Positions 9,445 through 17,239 of a stretch of 64,000 nucleotides of DNA are shown here, one piece after another. Within the stretch, counting starts at the first letter, position 1. Every line of letters begins with the position of its first letter. The notes beneath the pieces are model-generated. The model saw only the letters and a program-made list of their open reading frames with translations. It did not search any database and was not told where the DNA came from. Source of the stretch: a virus; UHGV virus genome UHGV-1440165; one strand, given 5' to 3'. The position numbers were made by a program, and so were the translations under genes.

Positions 9445-10127
9445 TCGTTCTCCTTCATCATGTTATCACAGTCGACACGAGTCTGTTGCAGCTCACGCGA
9501 CATACGAGGATCGTCGAGGTTCACACTCAGATTCGTGGCCAGATCTTTCAGGCCGTTCTGAACACGATCCTCATAATAGTGGTCGTTCTCAACCAGCCAG
9601 GCTCTGAGGCCAAGAGCGCGGGTACGCCATTGTTTCTTCAGAACACGGTCGGTTGTTTGTTCGGCACTGTACTCAAAGACCTTGATGCACTGGTTGCCAT
9701 CGTCGATAAGGTTCAGGTGACGGCGGCCAATCTGCACACCCTTCTGTAATGCCGGAGAAGGGAGCGAACGGCACTGTCTGACGGTCATGCGTCCTTGGGT
9801 GCCCATACGCCCAGTCATGATCAGATCGCTGGCCTCCATGCCTCCACGGTTAAATTCGTCGTCATTGAGGTAGCCCTTGAGGTTATAGGCTCCCTGTTTG
9901 TATCGGTTGAACTCAATCCCGGCATTGACAACAGCGGTGGAGACGTTGCCTGTGTTCCAGAGTTCAGCAAAGTTCTCTATGGATCCAGACTTATCGATTG
10001 CGACTGCCTGGGAGAACCCAGCGCAGTAGGAAAGATCAGACCACAGTTTGTCACCTGTGGTGTTCAGCTTGGCAGCGGCAGGGAGTGCCAGACCTGCAAG
10101 CACAACCCCAAGGATTAAACGTTTCAT
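9441..10127 (-). CDS. Secreted protein (signal peptide)
   Basis: ATG at 10127 preceded by AAGGAG; MKRLILGVVLAGLALPAAA is a signal peptide; mature part contains Cys residues. Track start 10193 is an upstream extension. Confidence 0.55.
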   Translation of the reverse strand: MKRLILGVVLAGLALPAAAKLNTTGDKLWSDLSYCAGFSQAVAIDKSGSIENFAELWNTGNVSTAVVNAGIEFNRYKQGAYNLKGYLNDDEFNRGGMEASDLIMTGRMGTQGRMTVRQCRSLPSPALQKGVQIGRRHLNLIDDGNQCIKVFEYSAEQTTDRVLKKQWRTRALGLRAWLVENDHYYEDRVQNGLKDLATNLSVNLDDPRMSRELQQTRVDCDNMMKENE

Positions 10128-10211
10128 GGTGATTCTCCTTATTTCATTGGATGAAATGATAGGCGGCTCACCATGCTGAGTAAAGGGTTTCAATAAACTA
10201 TCGTATTCAGA

Positions 10212-10661
10212 TTAGTACCGACTATCACTGACCGTCCGGTACTTCACACCCTTGAACTGCTTGGCAACCTTGACGAACTCCATCGCAGGCATGTCCACTT
10301 TGTAGACCTTGATGCGCTGACGGTCATCCATGTTCAGAGCAGCCACATAGCGGTGGGAGCCGTCGACCACATAGTTATCAGAAGACACCCAAACCCGACC
10401 CATGGGCTTCTTGTTTCTGATGTTCTTCATGATCTTCCAGACCTTCATCTTGTTGATTTCGTTCTGGGTGAGACGGAGCGATTTGATAGGAACCTGGCCA
10501 GCATCGATAGTGATGCCGAGTTCCTCCAGGTAGTCATGGAAGGCATCCTGTTTGTCATCGTCGATTTGTGGCATAGAAGAACGCGAAAGCCCGAGGTTTC
10601 CAACAGGAATCCTCAGGCCGTTGATAATGTTCAACCAGTCTATGAAGGAAGACATGAACAT
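10212..10661 (-). CDS. ParB-like nuclease domain protein (putative)
   Basis: Contains VVDGSHRYVAAL, resembling the ParB/sulfiredoxin-fold DGxHR motif; ATG at 10661 with GAGGTGA RBS (track start is GTG at 10670). Confidence 0.4.
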   Translation of the reverse strand: MFMSSFIDWLNIINGLRIPVGNLGLSRSSMPQIDDDKQDAFHDYLEELGITIDAGQVPIKSLRLTQNEINKMKVWKIMKNIRNKKPMGRVWVSSDNYVVDGSHRYVAALNMDDRQRIKVYKVDMPAMEFVKVAKQFKGVKYRTVSDSRY

Positions 10662-10804
10662 GAGATTCACCTCGGGATATGAATTATCCCTTAGTTAGTC
10701 GTGAAATGTCTTGGCGAGAAACCTCCCGACATATTCACAAAAGGCAATGATCACTAAACCCAATCCGCAACCAATAAGCCAACCCCAAAATTCAATGTCC
10801 ACCA

Positions 10805-11092
10805 TCACACCTCGTCTTCTTCAGGTCCACCGTCAATCAGGATACGAGCGGTGTCGAAAGTTTCCCCGCCCGTGTTCAGCAGCTTGGTCAGATCGTCAAG
10901 ATATCGGACCGTGCCAAGATCAGATGACCGCGTTATAAATTCCAGCATACCATACAGGGCTGATTTGAATCGGCTGTTGTCGATATCGTTCTTGATTTCC
11001 ATCAGGCGCAAGATGTTCTCTGACTGAGTATGGCCAACACACGCCTTGTCTCTGATCATCTCCTTGATAGAACTTCTCTCTGTTGGTGTCAT
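10805..11092 (-). CDS. Hypothetical protein
   Basis: 95 aa ORF, ATG start. Confidence 0.4.
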   Translation of the reverse strand: MTPTERSSIKEMIRDKACVGHTQSENILRLMEIKNDIDNSRFKSALYGMLEFITRSSDLGTVRYLDDLTKLLNTGGETFDTARILIDGGPEEDEV

Positions 11093-11466
11093 AACGAACC
11101 ACCCCCGACAGAGATCAAGAACTCTTCTTCAATGGTCGTGACCGGGCGGCGGTTGCGGGTTTCGATCATGAAGCCCCAGCCGCCGTCGGCGACGTTGCCA
11201 AAGGTCTTGACGCCAAAGGTCTTCTTCCCGTTGGAGCAGGCATAGAAGTCCAGGATGAACGGGCTACCCTGATTGTCGATCCCACGGTTTACGCCGTCCG
11301 CTACACAGCGCTCAATCATCTTCCCGTTCTTATACAGAACGAGGTCTTGGCCATACGCCTTGAAAGCATAAACGCCGTTGGTAGACACTCCGGTGATGAC
11401 AGGAGGAGCGGAAACAGCAGAGAAGGAAGCGCCCAGCAGGGCAACGGCGAGGATTAACTTTTTCAT
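11089..11466 (-). CDS. Secreted protein (signal peptide)
   Basis: ATG at 11466; MKKLILAVALLGASFSAVSA signal peptide; two Cys in mature part. Confidence 0.55.
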   Translation of the reverse strand: MKKLILAVALLGASFSAVSAPPVITGVSTNGVYAFKAYGQDLVLYKNGKMIERCVADGVNRGIDNQGSPFILDFYACSNGKKTFGVKTFGNVADGGWGFMIETRNRRPVTTIEEEFLISVGGGSL

Positions 11467-11490
11467 GATATAGTCTCTTGGTTTCAAATG

Positions 11491-11512
11491 GGCGGGGTAT
11501 GATTACCCCGCC
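11491..11512 (-). other. GC-rich hairpin (GGCGGGGTA-loop-TACCCCGCC) of a recurring intergenic element
   Basis: Perfect 9-bp stem; followed on the minus strand by CATTTGAAACC and the RBS/start of the 11466 gene. Confidence 0.5.
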
Positions 11513-11518
11513 GTGGGT

Positions 11519-12025
11519 TTATAGGGTAACAAGTGATACGGTAAAAACCATCGTCCCGTCAGTTGCCATTTTTCTTGAAACTGGTATGACGCGAGGCTGG
11601 CAGAATATCCATTCTTTCTCCATGGACGCCAAGTCCAGCATATCCATTTCTGATTCATCGCCTTTGTTCACAAATTTTTCTAGAGAACCATAGACATTAA
11701 GCCCCTCCGGGAGTCCGTTTCGATGTTTGTAACATATGCGGGCGACAGCTCTGGTTCCATACGATTTAGAAAATTGTTTGGCCACATGCTTCAGTTCACT
11801 GAAGCTAAGACAAGAATCCCATGTCTGAAACATGTCTCCTCGTTCAAACATCATCTCCAAACGCGCAACGTCCTCTTTAGGCAACCCGCGATAAAGTGTG
11901 GTCATCTGCGGTTCGCGTAATTCTCGCACCAGACCACGGATGGCAGGGGAAACAGTGCCAGGGCGCATGATGTGGGACTTATCATGGACGAGGTAAAATA
12001 AATCTTGAATTTGTTGATCGGTCAT
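11519..12025 (-). CDS. Hypothetical protein; possible ADP-ribosyltransferase-like
   Basis: 168 aa; ATG with GAAGGA RBS; candidate R / S-x-S / E-x-E triad (LYRG, DSCLSFS, EKE) is suggestive only. Confidence 0.35.
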   Translation of the reverse strand: MTDQQIQDLFYLVHDKSHIMRPGTVSPAIRGLVRELREPQMTTLYRGLPKEDVARLEMMFERGDMFQTWDSCLSFSELKHVAKQFSKSYGTRAVARICYKHRNGLPEGLNVYGSLEKFVNKGDESEMDMLDLASMEKEWIFCQPRVIPVSRKMATDGTMVFTVSLVTL

Positions 12026-12084
12026 GATGTATTTCCTTCATTTCAAATAGGCGGGGTAATCATACCCCACCCTAAGTTATAGAA

Positions 12085-12324
12085 TTAACTGATGTGCTTC
12101 AGAAGAGCGAAGAGGATCGCGGCCTTGGCTTTCACCTTTCCGACGACGCCTGTTTCGACATCGACTTCTTCGGCAACCCAATCTTTTCCCTTCTTGCTGA
12201 TGATAACATCGCGGCGCTGGGCATATACTTCTTTGGTCGCATACACACGGCGGAACCCTTTAGCGCGGAGCAAGCCCCAATTGCGATCAATCTCTACTGA
12301 AGTTTCGACCATTTTGTTCTTCAT
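12085..12324 (-). CDS. Hypothetical small basic protein
   Basis: 79 aa, ATG start, downstream of an early-type promoter. Confidence 0.4.
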   Translation of the reverse strand: MKNKMVETSVEIDRNWGLLRAKGFRRVYATKEVYAQRRDVIISKKGKDWVAEEVDVETGVVGKVKAKAAILFALLKHIS

Positions 12325-12375
12325 GATATAATCTTACCTTTCAACCTGGTGAACCCATCGTTCGCCAGTTATTGA

Positions 12376-12405
12376 ATAATAGGACATTCTTTAGAGGAAG
12401 TAAAC
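12376..12405 (-). promoter_or_regulatory. Sigma70-type early promoter (-35 GTTTAC, 18-nt spacer, -10 TATTAT)
   Basis: Minus-strand GTTTAC-N18-TATTAT immediately after a terminator hairpin; resembles the T4 early-promoter -35 consensus. Confidence 0.5.
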
Positions 12406-12415
12406 CCCTAAAAGT

Positions 12416-12440
12416 AAAAATCCCCAACAAACGTTGGGGA
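12416..12440 (-). terminator. Intrinsic terminator (TCCCCAAC-loop-GTTGGGGA + T-run)
   Basis: 8-bp GC stem followed on the minus strand by TTTTTA; lies downstream of the 12458..12682 gene. Confidence 0.6.
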
Positions 12441-12457
12441 TTTAATAAAAGTTATGC

Positions 12458-12682
12458 CTATTTAATTTCTCGGCTTGAATTTTCCAGTTCTAATTTTCTT
12501 ATAGCGGAAATTCTACCTTCATCAGTTGCGGGAAACTCCCAAACAGCACGACGTCCGTTGTGAGTATCACAACTTGCCAGCCAGAAGAAATTAGAGGGAT
12601 CTTTAAACAAGACCAATTTAGGGTTAGCAATATTGTTCAGGCAAAATGGGGCGAGGTCAACAACGCGTGATACAGCAGACAT
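12458..12682 (-). CDS. Hypothetical small protein
   Basis: 74 aa ORF, ATG start. Confidence 0.4.
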   Translation of the reverse strand: MSAVSRVVDLAPFCLNNIANPKLVLFKDPSNFFWLASCDTHNGRRAVWEFPATDEGRISAIRKLELENSSREIK

Positions 12683-12731
12683 AATATATACCTTCTTTCA
12701 ACGGACGGGAACGCCCCGCCCTATGAATTCA

Positions 12732-12761
12732 ATAATACGTATTTGCCTTATAGAAGTAAAC
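12732..12761 (-). promoter_or_regulatory. Sigma70-type early promoter (second copy of the GTTTAC-N18-TATTAT cassette)
   Basis: Near-identical copy of the 12376..12405 promoter. Confidence 0.5.
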
Positions 12762-12771
12762 CCCTAAAAGT

Positions 12772-12796
12772 AAAAATCCCCAACGTTTGTTGGGGA
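12772..12796 (-). terminator. Intrinsic terminator (second copy, loop inverted)
   Basis: Same TCCCCAAC/GTTGGGGA stem as at 12416..12440 with the loop sequence reverse-complemented; T-run on the minus strand; downstream of the ACP-like gene. Confidence 0.6.
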
Positions 12797-12802
12797 CTTC
12801 TG

Positions 12803-13126
12803 TTATTTGCGCAGGGCAACCACGAATTCAGCGAGTTCACCCATGGTCGGGTCATCGCCTTTACTGCCCAGCCAGCCGTCGTCTATTTCGACCTGAAACT
12901 CTTCTTCTAGTTCCATTACGATTTCGATAGCATCCAGTTCATCGCCGCCGAGGTCTTTCTTGGTGCGGAGGCCAGCCAGTTTGTCCAGGGCGTCTTCGTT
13001 TTGAGATGCCACGTCGTCCAGCAGTTTGCGCTTGTCATCGTCGCGCCACAGATCCATATTCAGATTCTCTGTAGCGTACTGAGCCAGGTGTCGCATCACC
13101 TCAACATATGTCGGTTTACTGCTCAT
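12803..13126 (-). CDS. Acyl carrier protein-like protein lacking the phosphopantetheine-attachment serine
   Basis: 107 aa; DLGGDELDAIEIVMELEEEFQVEIDD closely matches the ACP helix-II region [20 protein letters not shown], but the DSL serine codon is GAA (Glu); ATG with GGAGA RBS. Confidence 0.6.
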   Translation of the reverse strand: MSSKPTYVEVMRHLAQYATENLNMDLWRDDDKRKLLDDVASQNEDALDKLAGLRTKKDLGGDELDAIEIVMELEEEFQVEIDDGWLGSKGDDPTMGELAEFVVALRK

Positions 13127-13144
13127 GTCACTTCTCCCAAAGAA

Positions 13145-13162
13145 GGGCGGGTTGCCCCGCCC
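13145..13162 (-). other. GC-rich hairpin (GGGCGGG-loop-CCCGCCC) between vWA and ACP-like genes
   Basis: 7-bp perfect stem immediately after the vWA stop; terminator-like but weak T-run. Confidence 0.4.
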
Positions 13163-13168
13163 GTTGGA

Positions 13169-15370
13169 TTAGATTTTGATCTCTTTCTCTGCCAGTTCGG
13201 CAGTGACCTTGTACTTCACGCCATCCACTTCAACTTCCATGGTTGACTCTTCCAGGTCGAGGTCGGTGAACCAGCCATGGCCAGCAACGATACCATACAC
13301 CACTTTAGACAGCGTCTTGTTCAGGGCGCGGACTTCAGTGATGGCCGCCTTGGCAGCAGCGTCGATCCAGTTTTCGATCAGCTGTTTCTGTACGGCTTCA
13401 GGCACAGCAGTAATAGCCGGGGACTTCACGAATGCGTCGTATTCTTTCAGTGCATTGGCGATGAACATATCACCCGCATTGAGAGCCTTTTTATCAGCAA
13501 TCTTCTTCTGTACCGCAGCGATGGACGGCAGAGAAGACGCCCCGGCGATCTTAACGTTCAGCTCACGGCTCATGTAGACGTCCGTGGAGTCCTTCAGCTC
13601 GGTCTTCGGTGAGAAGCCATAATCGCGGATACCAACACTAGACAGGTATTCTGCGGCCGCAGCGCCGTACTGAATAGCCAGACCTTTGGCATTACCCTTA
13701 CCAACCAGGGCGTCGCGATAGAACTTCAGTACCTTCTGCTTGCCTTTCAGGGCTTCCAGGCGAACGTTGTCGGCAAAGAACTGTGCAGCACTGATGTTCT
13801 TGACCATCGCACGGTTGACCAGCGGTACGCTTTCCAGGTTCAGAATGAACACTTCCGGACCAACGAACACGTGGACGCCCATTTCGATCAACTTCTGCAC
13901 AACTTCGATATCAGCCTTGAACGGCAGGGTCTTCACATTGATGATGCCGTCTTTGACGATGGTGTAGTTGCGCCACTGGAATGTGTCCAATTCTTCGGGT
14001 AGACCGAACTTCTTCTGAGCGAATTCGGGCACCGCCACAGTTCCATGCTGGATTGTACGCACACTGATGTTCGGGCGCTCAGAGTTATAGACCAGGTCGC
14101 TGATTGAGATCACGCCCAGATCGTTAGCAGGTTCAAACGACGGTGTCCACTCTTCGTGCTCAGCCAGCTTGAGAGCGAGGGCTTTACGCTCTTCTTTGGA
14201 CTTGGCGTTCGCGATTTCTTCCGCCAGCTTGTCTTCGGTATCATCGGCTTTCTGCACAGTACCGCGACCAATGCTCTTGTAGGAGAACATCGGGTGCTTG
14301 GTGGCAACAGACACGCCAGCTTCGGCCAGGTACGTCAGCACATCAACGACAGTGGTCGCATCTTCAGCCGGAACCATATTGTAGTCGATACCGTCCACGC
14401 CGCGCAGCTGATCATCAACGATGGCCTGGGTCAGATCAACTTTGATGTTGGAGTAGTCCTGCTTGGTGAAGCAGTTGCTGTACTGTTTGATGAAGCGGAC
14501 GTCGCCCGTTTTCTTCAGCGCAGCCCACACCAGGTCGGCGTCCATGATGTGTACGCCGTAGAACGCCAGCACGTATGCTGCCTGGATGTCCGTCAGCGCA
14601 TCAAGCTGGTCGATCATGTTAGGGTTGACGACCCACAGCTTCGTGACGCTCTCAGGGATGCTCACGTGGCCGATAGGATGGTCTTCATCCGGCTGTACCG
14701 CCAGCACGGTTGCTACGCCGTTTTCAACGTAGATGGCGTGAGTGTACACCACAGGAACGTCAACACGAACCTTCGGCACCGAGGACTTCAACACGTTTTC
14801 CAGCTCAGTCTGATATTCAGTCTGTCCTTCGGCGAACACGTGAGTCGCGCCGGAACGCTCGGACATCTGGGCCAGGAGTTCGCGGTTACAGTACCAGCCG
14901 TATTCGATAAAGGTGATGTTATCGAAAACAAATGGCAAGGTTTCGGCGACGGCCAGGATTTCATTGGAGCGCCAGCAGTTGTCATAACCATCGGTCATGA
15001 ACGCCAGGTTGTTGACGTAGCCGGGTTTCTTCAGGCTACGCGCAGTATCTACCGCGAGACCCAGGGGTTCGACGAAGCCAGTGCAACCGGATGGTTGCAG
15101 GAAGCGGTCGATCAGTTTGTTCAGCTCGCTCAGGTCAGACGCAGCACTGACCTGGCGGCCAGCGAACACAGTACCAAAGTCGCCACGGGATGAGAAGTAC
15201 AGGAGGCTCACTGTGTCTTCCGGTTTCACCAGGGAAGGCAGGTTCTCCTTCAGGTGCTTACGGACTTCAGGGAGCGCCCGGTACATGGAACCGGAAATGT
15301 CCACAACGATTACATGGTTGGACGGGGCAGCAGTCGCAACCGCATTCTTAAACTCCAGGGATTCAATCAT
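13169..15370 (-). CDS. von Willebrand factor A (vWA) domain protein
   Basis: MIDAS-type motif VVDISGSM near the N-terminus and later TDGYDN; about 733 aa from ATG at 15370 (MIESLEF...). Track start 15433 overlaps a small upstream ORF. Confidence 0.65.
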   Translation of the reverse strand: MIESLEFKNAVATAAPSNHVIVVDISGSMYRALPEVRKHLKENLPSLVKPEDTVSLLYFSSRGDFGTVFAGRQVSAASDLSELNKLIDRFLQPSGCTGFVEPLGLAVDTARSLKKPGYVNNLAFMTDGYDNCWRSNEILAVAETLPFVFDNITFIEYGWYCNRELLAQMSERSGATHVFAEGQTEYQTELENVLKSSVPKVRVDVPVVYTHAIYVENGVATVLAVQPDEDHPIGHVSIPESVTKLWVVNPNMIDQLDALTDIQAAYVLAFYGVHIMDADLVWAALKKTGDVRFIKQYSNCFTKQDYSNIKVDLTQAIVDDQLRGVDGIDYNMVPAEDATTVVDVLTYLAEAGVSVATKHPMFSYKSIGRGTVQKADDTEDKLAEEIANAKSKEERKALALKLAEHEEWTPSFEPANDLGVISISDLVYNSERPNISVRTIQHGTVAVPEFAQKKFGLPEELDTFQWRNYTIVKDGIINVKTLPFKADIEVVQKLIEMGVHVFVGPEVFILNLESVPLVNRAMVKNISAAQFFADNVRLEALKGKQKVLKFYRDALVGKGNAKGLAIQYGAAAAEYLSSVGIRDYGFSPKTELKDSTDVYMSRELNVKIAGASSLPSIAAVQKKIADKKALNAGDMFIANALKEYDAFVKSPAITAVPEAVQKQLIENWIDAAAKAAITEVRALNKTLSKVVYGIVAGHGWFTDLDLEESTMEVEVDGVKYKVTAELAEKEIKI

Positions 15371-15533
15371 CGTTATTGCCTTCTTCAGGGTTGTCATCGG
15401 CCTCACCTTCCGGATTGACCAGCATGTGTTCAACGAATTCGCGATTCAGCTCAATCTGGCTCATCAGCGCATCCGTCGGAGTAAAGCGGCGGTCGAGGTT
15501 ATCGACACCCGCACGTTTAAATGGTTTGGACAT
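15363..15533 (-). CDS. Small hypothetical ORF (56 aa) between NAMPT-like and vWA genes
   Basis: ATG at 15533 with GAGG RBS; its TGA stop overlaps the vWA start (ATGATTGA); acidic C-terminus. Not in ORF track (under 60 aa). Confidence 0.4.
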   Translation of the reverse strand: MSKPFKRAGVDNLDRRFTPTDALMSQIELNREFVEHMLVNPEGEADDNPEEGNNDD

Positions 15534-15543
15534 TCCTCGACCT

Positions 15544-15567
15544 CAAAACAGGGGAGTTTCCTCCCCT
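15544..15567 (-). terminator. Putative intrinsic terminator after the NAMPT-like gene
   Basis: AGGGGAG-TTTC-CTCCCCT hairpin followed on the minus strand by GTTTTG. Confidence 0.5.
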
Positions 15568-15574
15568 TCAGTTA

Positions 15575-17239
15575 TTAGATTTGTGAGGCCAGTTCTGCCA
15601 CCAGAGGAGCAGCACGAACACGCGCATCTTCCAGAGTCTGAGTGTTGAAGAACTTGCCATCACGGTACACCAGTTGGTGTTGGTTGTCGGCGTCTTGCAC
15701 CTGATCAAAGGTGATGCCGTCAACCAACACTAGTTTACCCTGAGAGTCTTTAATGACTTTAAGGAAACCACGCGCAGACTTTTTAGTCCCGCCTTTGTCG
15801 GTCTTCGGCTCTTTGAAGATCTCGCGGAATTCACCGTTCACCTTACCAGCCGTCGCTTTCACTGCCGTTCCAGTACTGTCACGGGTGTTCATCTGGTAGG
15901 TGTAGGAACCAATACCGAAGACCACGTTAATGGAAGCGAAGTTCCGGCCAGCCAGACGACCAAAGATCTGGTCTTCACGTGCCAATGTGATAGAGTCACC
16001 GTAGATCAGACCGATGTGATCGTCCAACAGGAAGTGGCCAGTCTCAGTTTGAGTACCGCCAAAGATCTCCCACAGGCGCTGAATAGAGCCGACTGCTTCA
16101 GAACGGCTGATGATATTACTGTCGTCTGCCATCAGAGAGTTGATCGTACCTTCGCCTGTGATCAGGTGATAGGTGTTCGTCTCTTCGATGTGGATGACTT
16201 CGGTGCTGCTGGACACGCCGCTGATGTTCAGCATAGCGCGGTCTTTGAACCCCTCGATGCGGTAGCCGCCGACGATGTGAACTGGGTCGCCAGAGTCAGG
16301 GCGGATCACGACTTTGCCGTTGCGTGCCATGATAATGTCTTTCAGGCGAGGGAGATAGTCGTCGATGACCTGCCAATAGTCCCACGCATCCGACACAATG
16401 CTGACGATGCCATCAGGATACACGTCCTGCACCAGGCGACGGAAGGTTTCGAATTCTCCATTCTTCGTACCCATGCACATCACGGCGTGTTCGGTGGCTG
16501 CAACGGAGCCAGCAACGACATAGTCTTCATCGATATCCGCGCCGTAATACTCTTCAACGAAGTCCAGGGCAGGGTTGGTGTCAGTGCCTTTGAAGAACAC
16601 CAGATGGCCAGAACCGGAAGACGCCGCGTCATGCCATCCGCTCATACCACGGAAGGAGAAGTCGTGGCCTTGGTAATCGATGAACCAATGGTCCGGTGAC
16701 ACGCCTGTGGCGATAGCGGCTTTCACCATCAGTGCCTTGTAATGCAGGGCGATGGTGGCGTTCGTCATGGGCTTCCAGATCTCAGAGCTGAACACAGTCT
16801 CCAGATAGTTGGTCAGCCAGTAGAACTCCGGCAAGGTGTTGAACATCACATACACCGGAACGCCATACGGGCACATGGTGCCTTCGGGTAGAGCACGGAC
16901 TTCGATAGGCAGATAACCGAGGTCATGCAGGGCTTCGATATGCTCTGTGCCAACACGACCTGGACCCAGTACTTTGTTCATGCGACGGGCATACTTCTTC
17001 AACACCTTGGCCTTCGGGCGCTGGAAGAACGCTTCGTCAAACAGTTCGTGGAACCAGGTCATGAAACCCTGGATGCCCCAGACCACCACGCCGTTCTTCG
17101 GCAGGTGAGAGTTGAATAATTTGTTGGAACGCGGAGTCCCGTTGGAGAACACCAGCTCACTACCTTCAGGGAACTGATAGATGTGCCCTGATTTGTAGAA
17201 GTCGATTGCATGAATTGGGTCTAAGTGGCGCATGCTCAT
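15575..17239 (-). CDS. nadV: Nicotinamide phosphoribosyltransferase-family protein (NadV/NAMPT-like)
   Basis: 554 aa; NAMPT-type N-terminus with the DFYKSGH motif; ATG start overlaps the stop of the upstream Prs-like gene by 4 nt. Confidence 0.8.
   Translation of the reverse strand: MSMRHLDPIHAIDFYKSGHIYQFPEGSELVFSNGTPRSNKLFNSHLPKNGVVVWGIQGFMTWFHELFDEAFFQRPKAKVLKKYARRMNKVLGPGRVGTEHIEALHDLGYLPIEVRALPEGTMCPYGVPVYVMFNTLPEFYWLTNYLETVFSSEIWKPMTNATIALHYKALMVKAAIATGVSPDHWFIDYQGHDFSFRGMSGWHDAASSGSGHLVFFKGTDTNPALDFVEEYYGADIDEDYVVAGSVAATEHAVMCMGTKNGEFETFRRLVQDVYPDGIVSIVSDAWDYWQVIDDYLPRLKDIIMARNGKVVIRPDSGDPVHIVGGYRIEGFKDRAMLNISGVSSSTEVIHIEETNTYHLITGEGTINSLMADDSNIISRSEAVGSIQRLWEIFGGTQTETGHFLLDDHIGLIYGDSITLAREDQIFGRLAGRNFASINVVFGIGSYTYQMNTRDSTGTAVKATAGKVNGEFREIFKEPKTDKGGTKKSARGFLKVIKDSQGKLVLVDGITFDQVQDADNQHQLVYRDGKFFNTQTLEDARVRAAPLVAELASQI

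Noticed and set aside
12372-12796. Possible CRISPR-like repeat
   Set aside because: Only two copies, each a hairpin plus promoter, separated by a protein-coding gene; no repeat-spacer periodicity.
14156-15193. 345-aa plus-strand ORF
   Set aside because: Antisense to the vWA gene; no start context; non-protein-like composition.
16016-16699. 227-aa plus-strand ORF
   Set aside because: Antisense to the NAMPT-like gene, which has clear family motifs.
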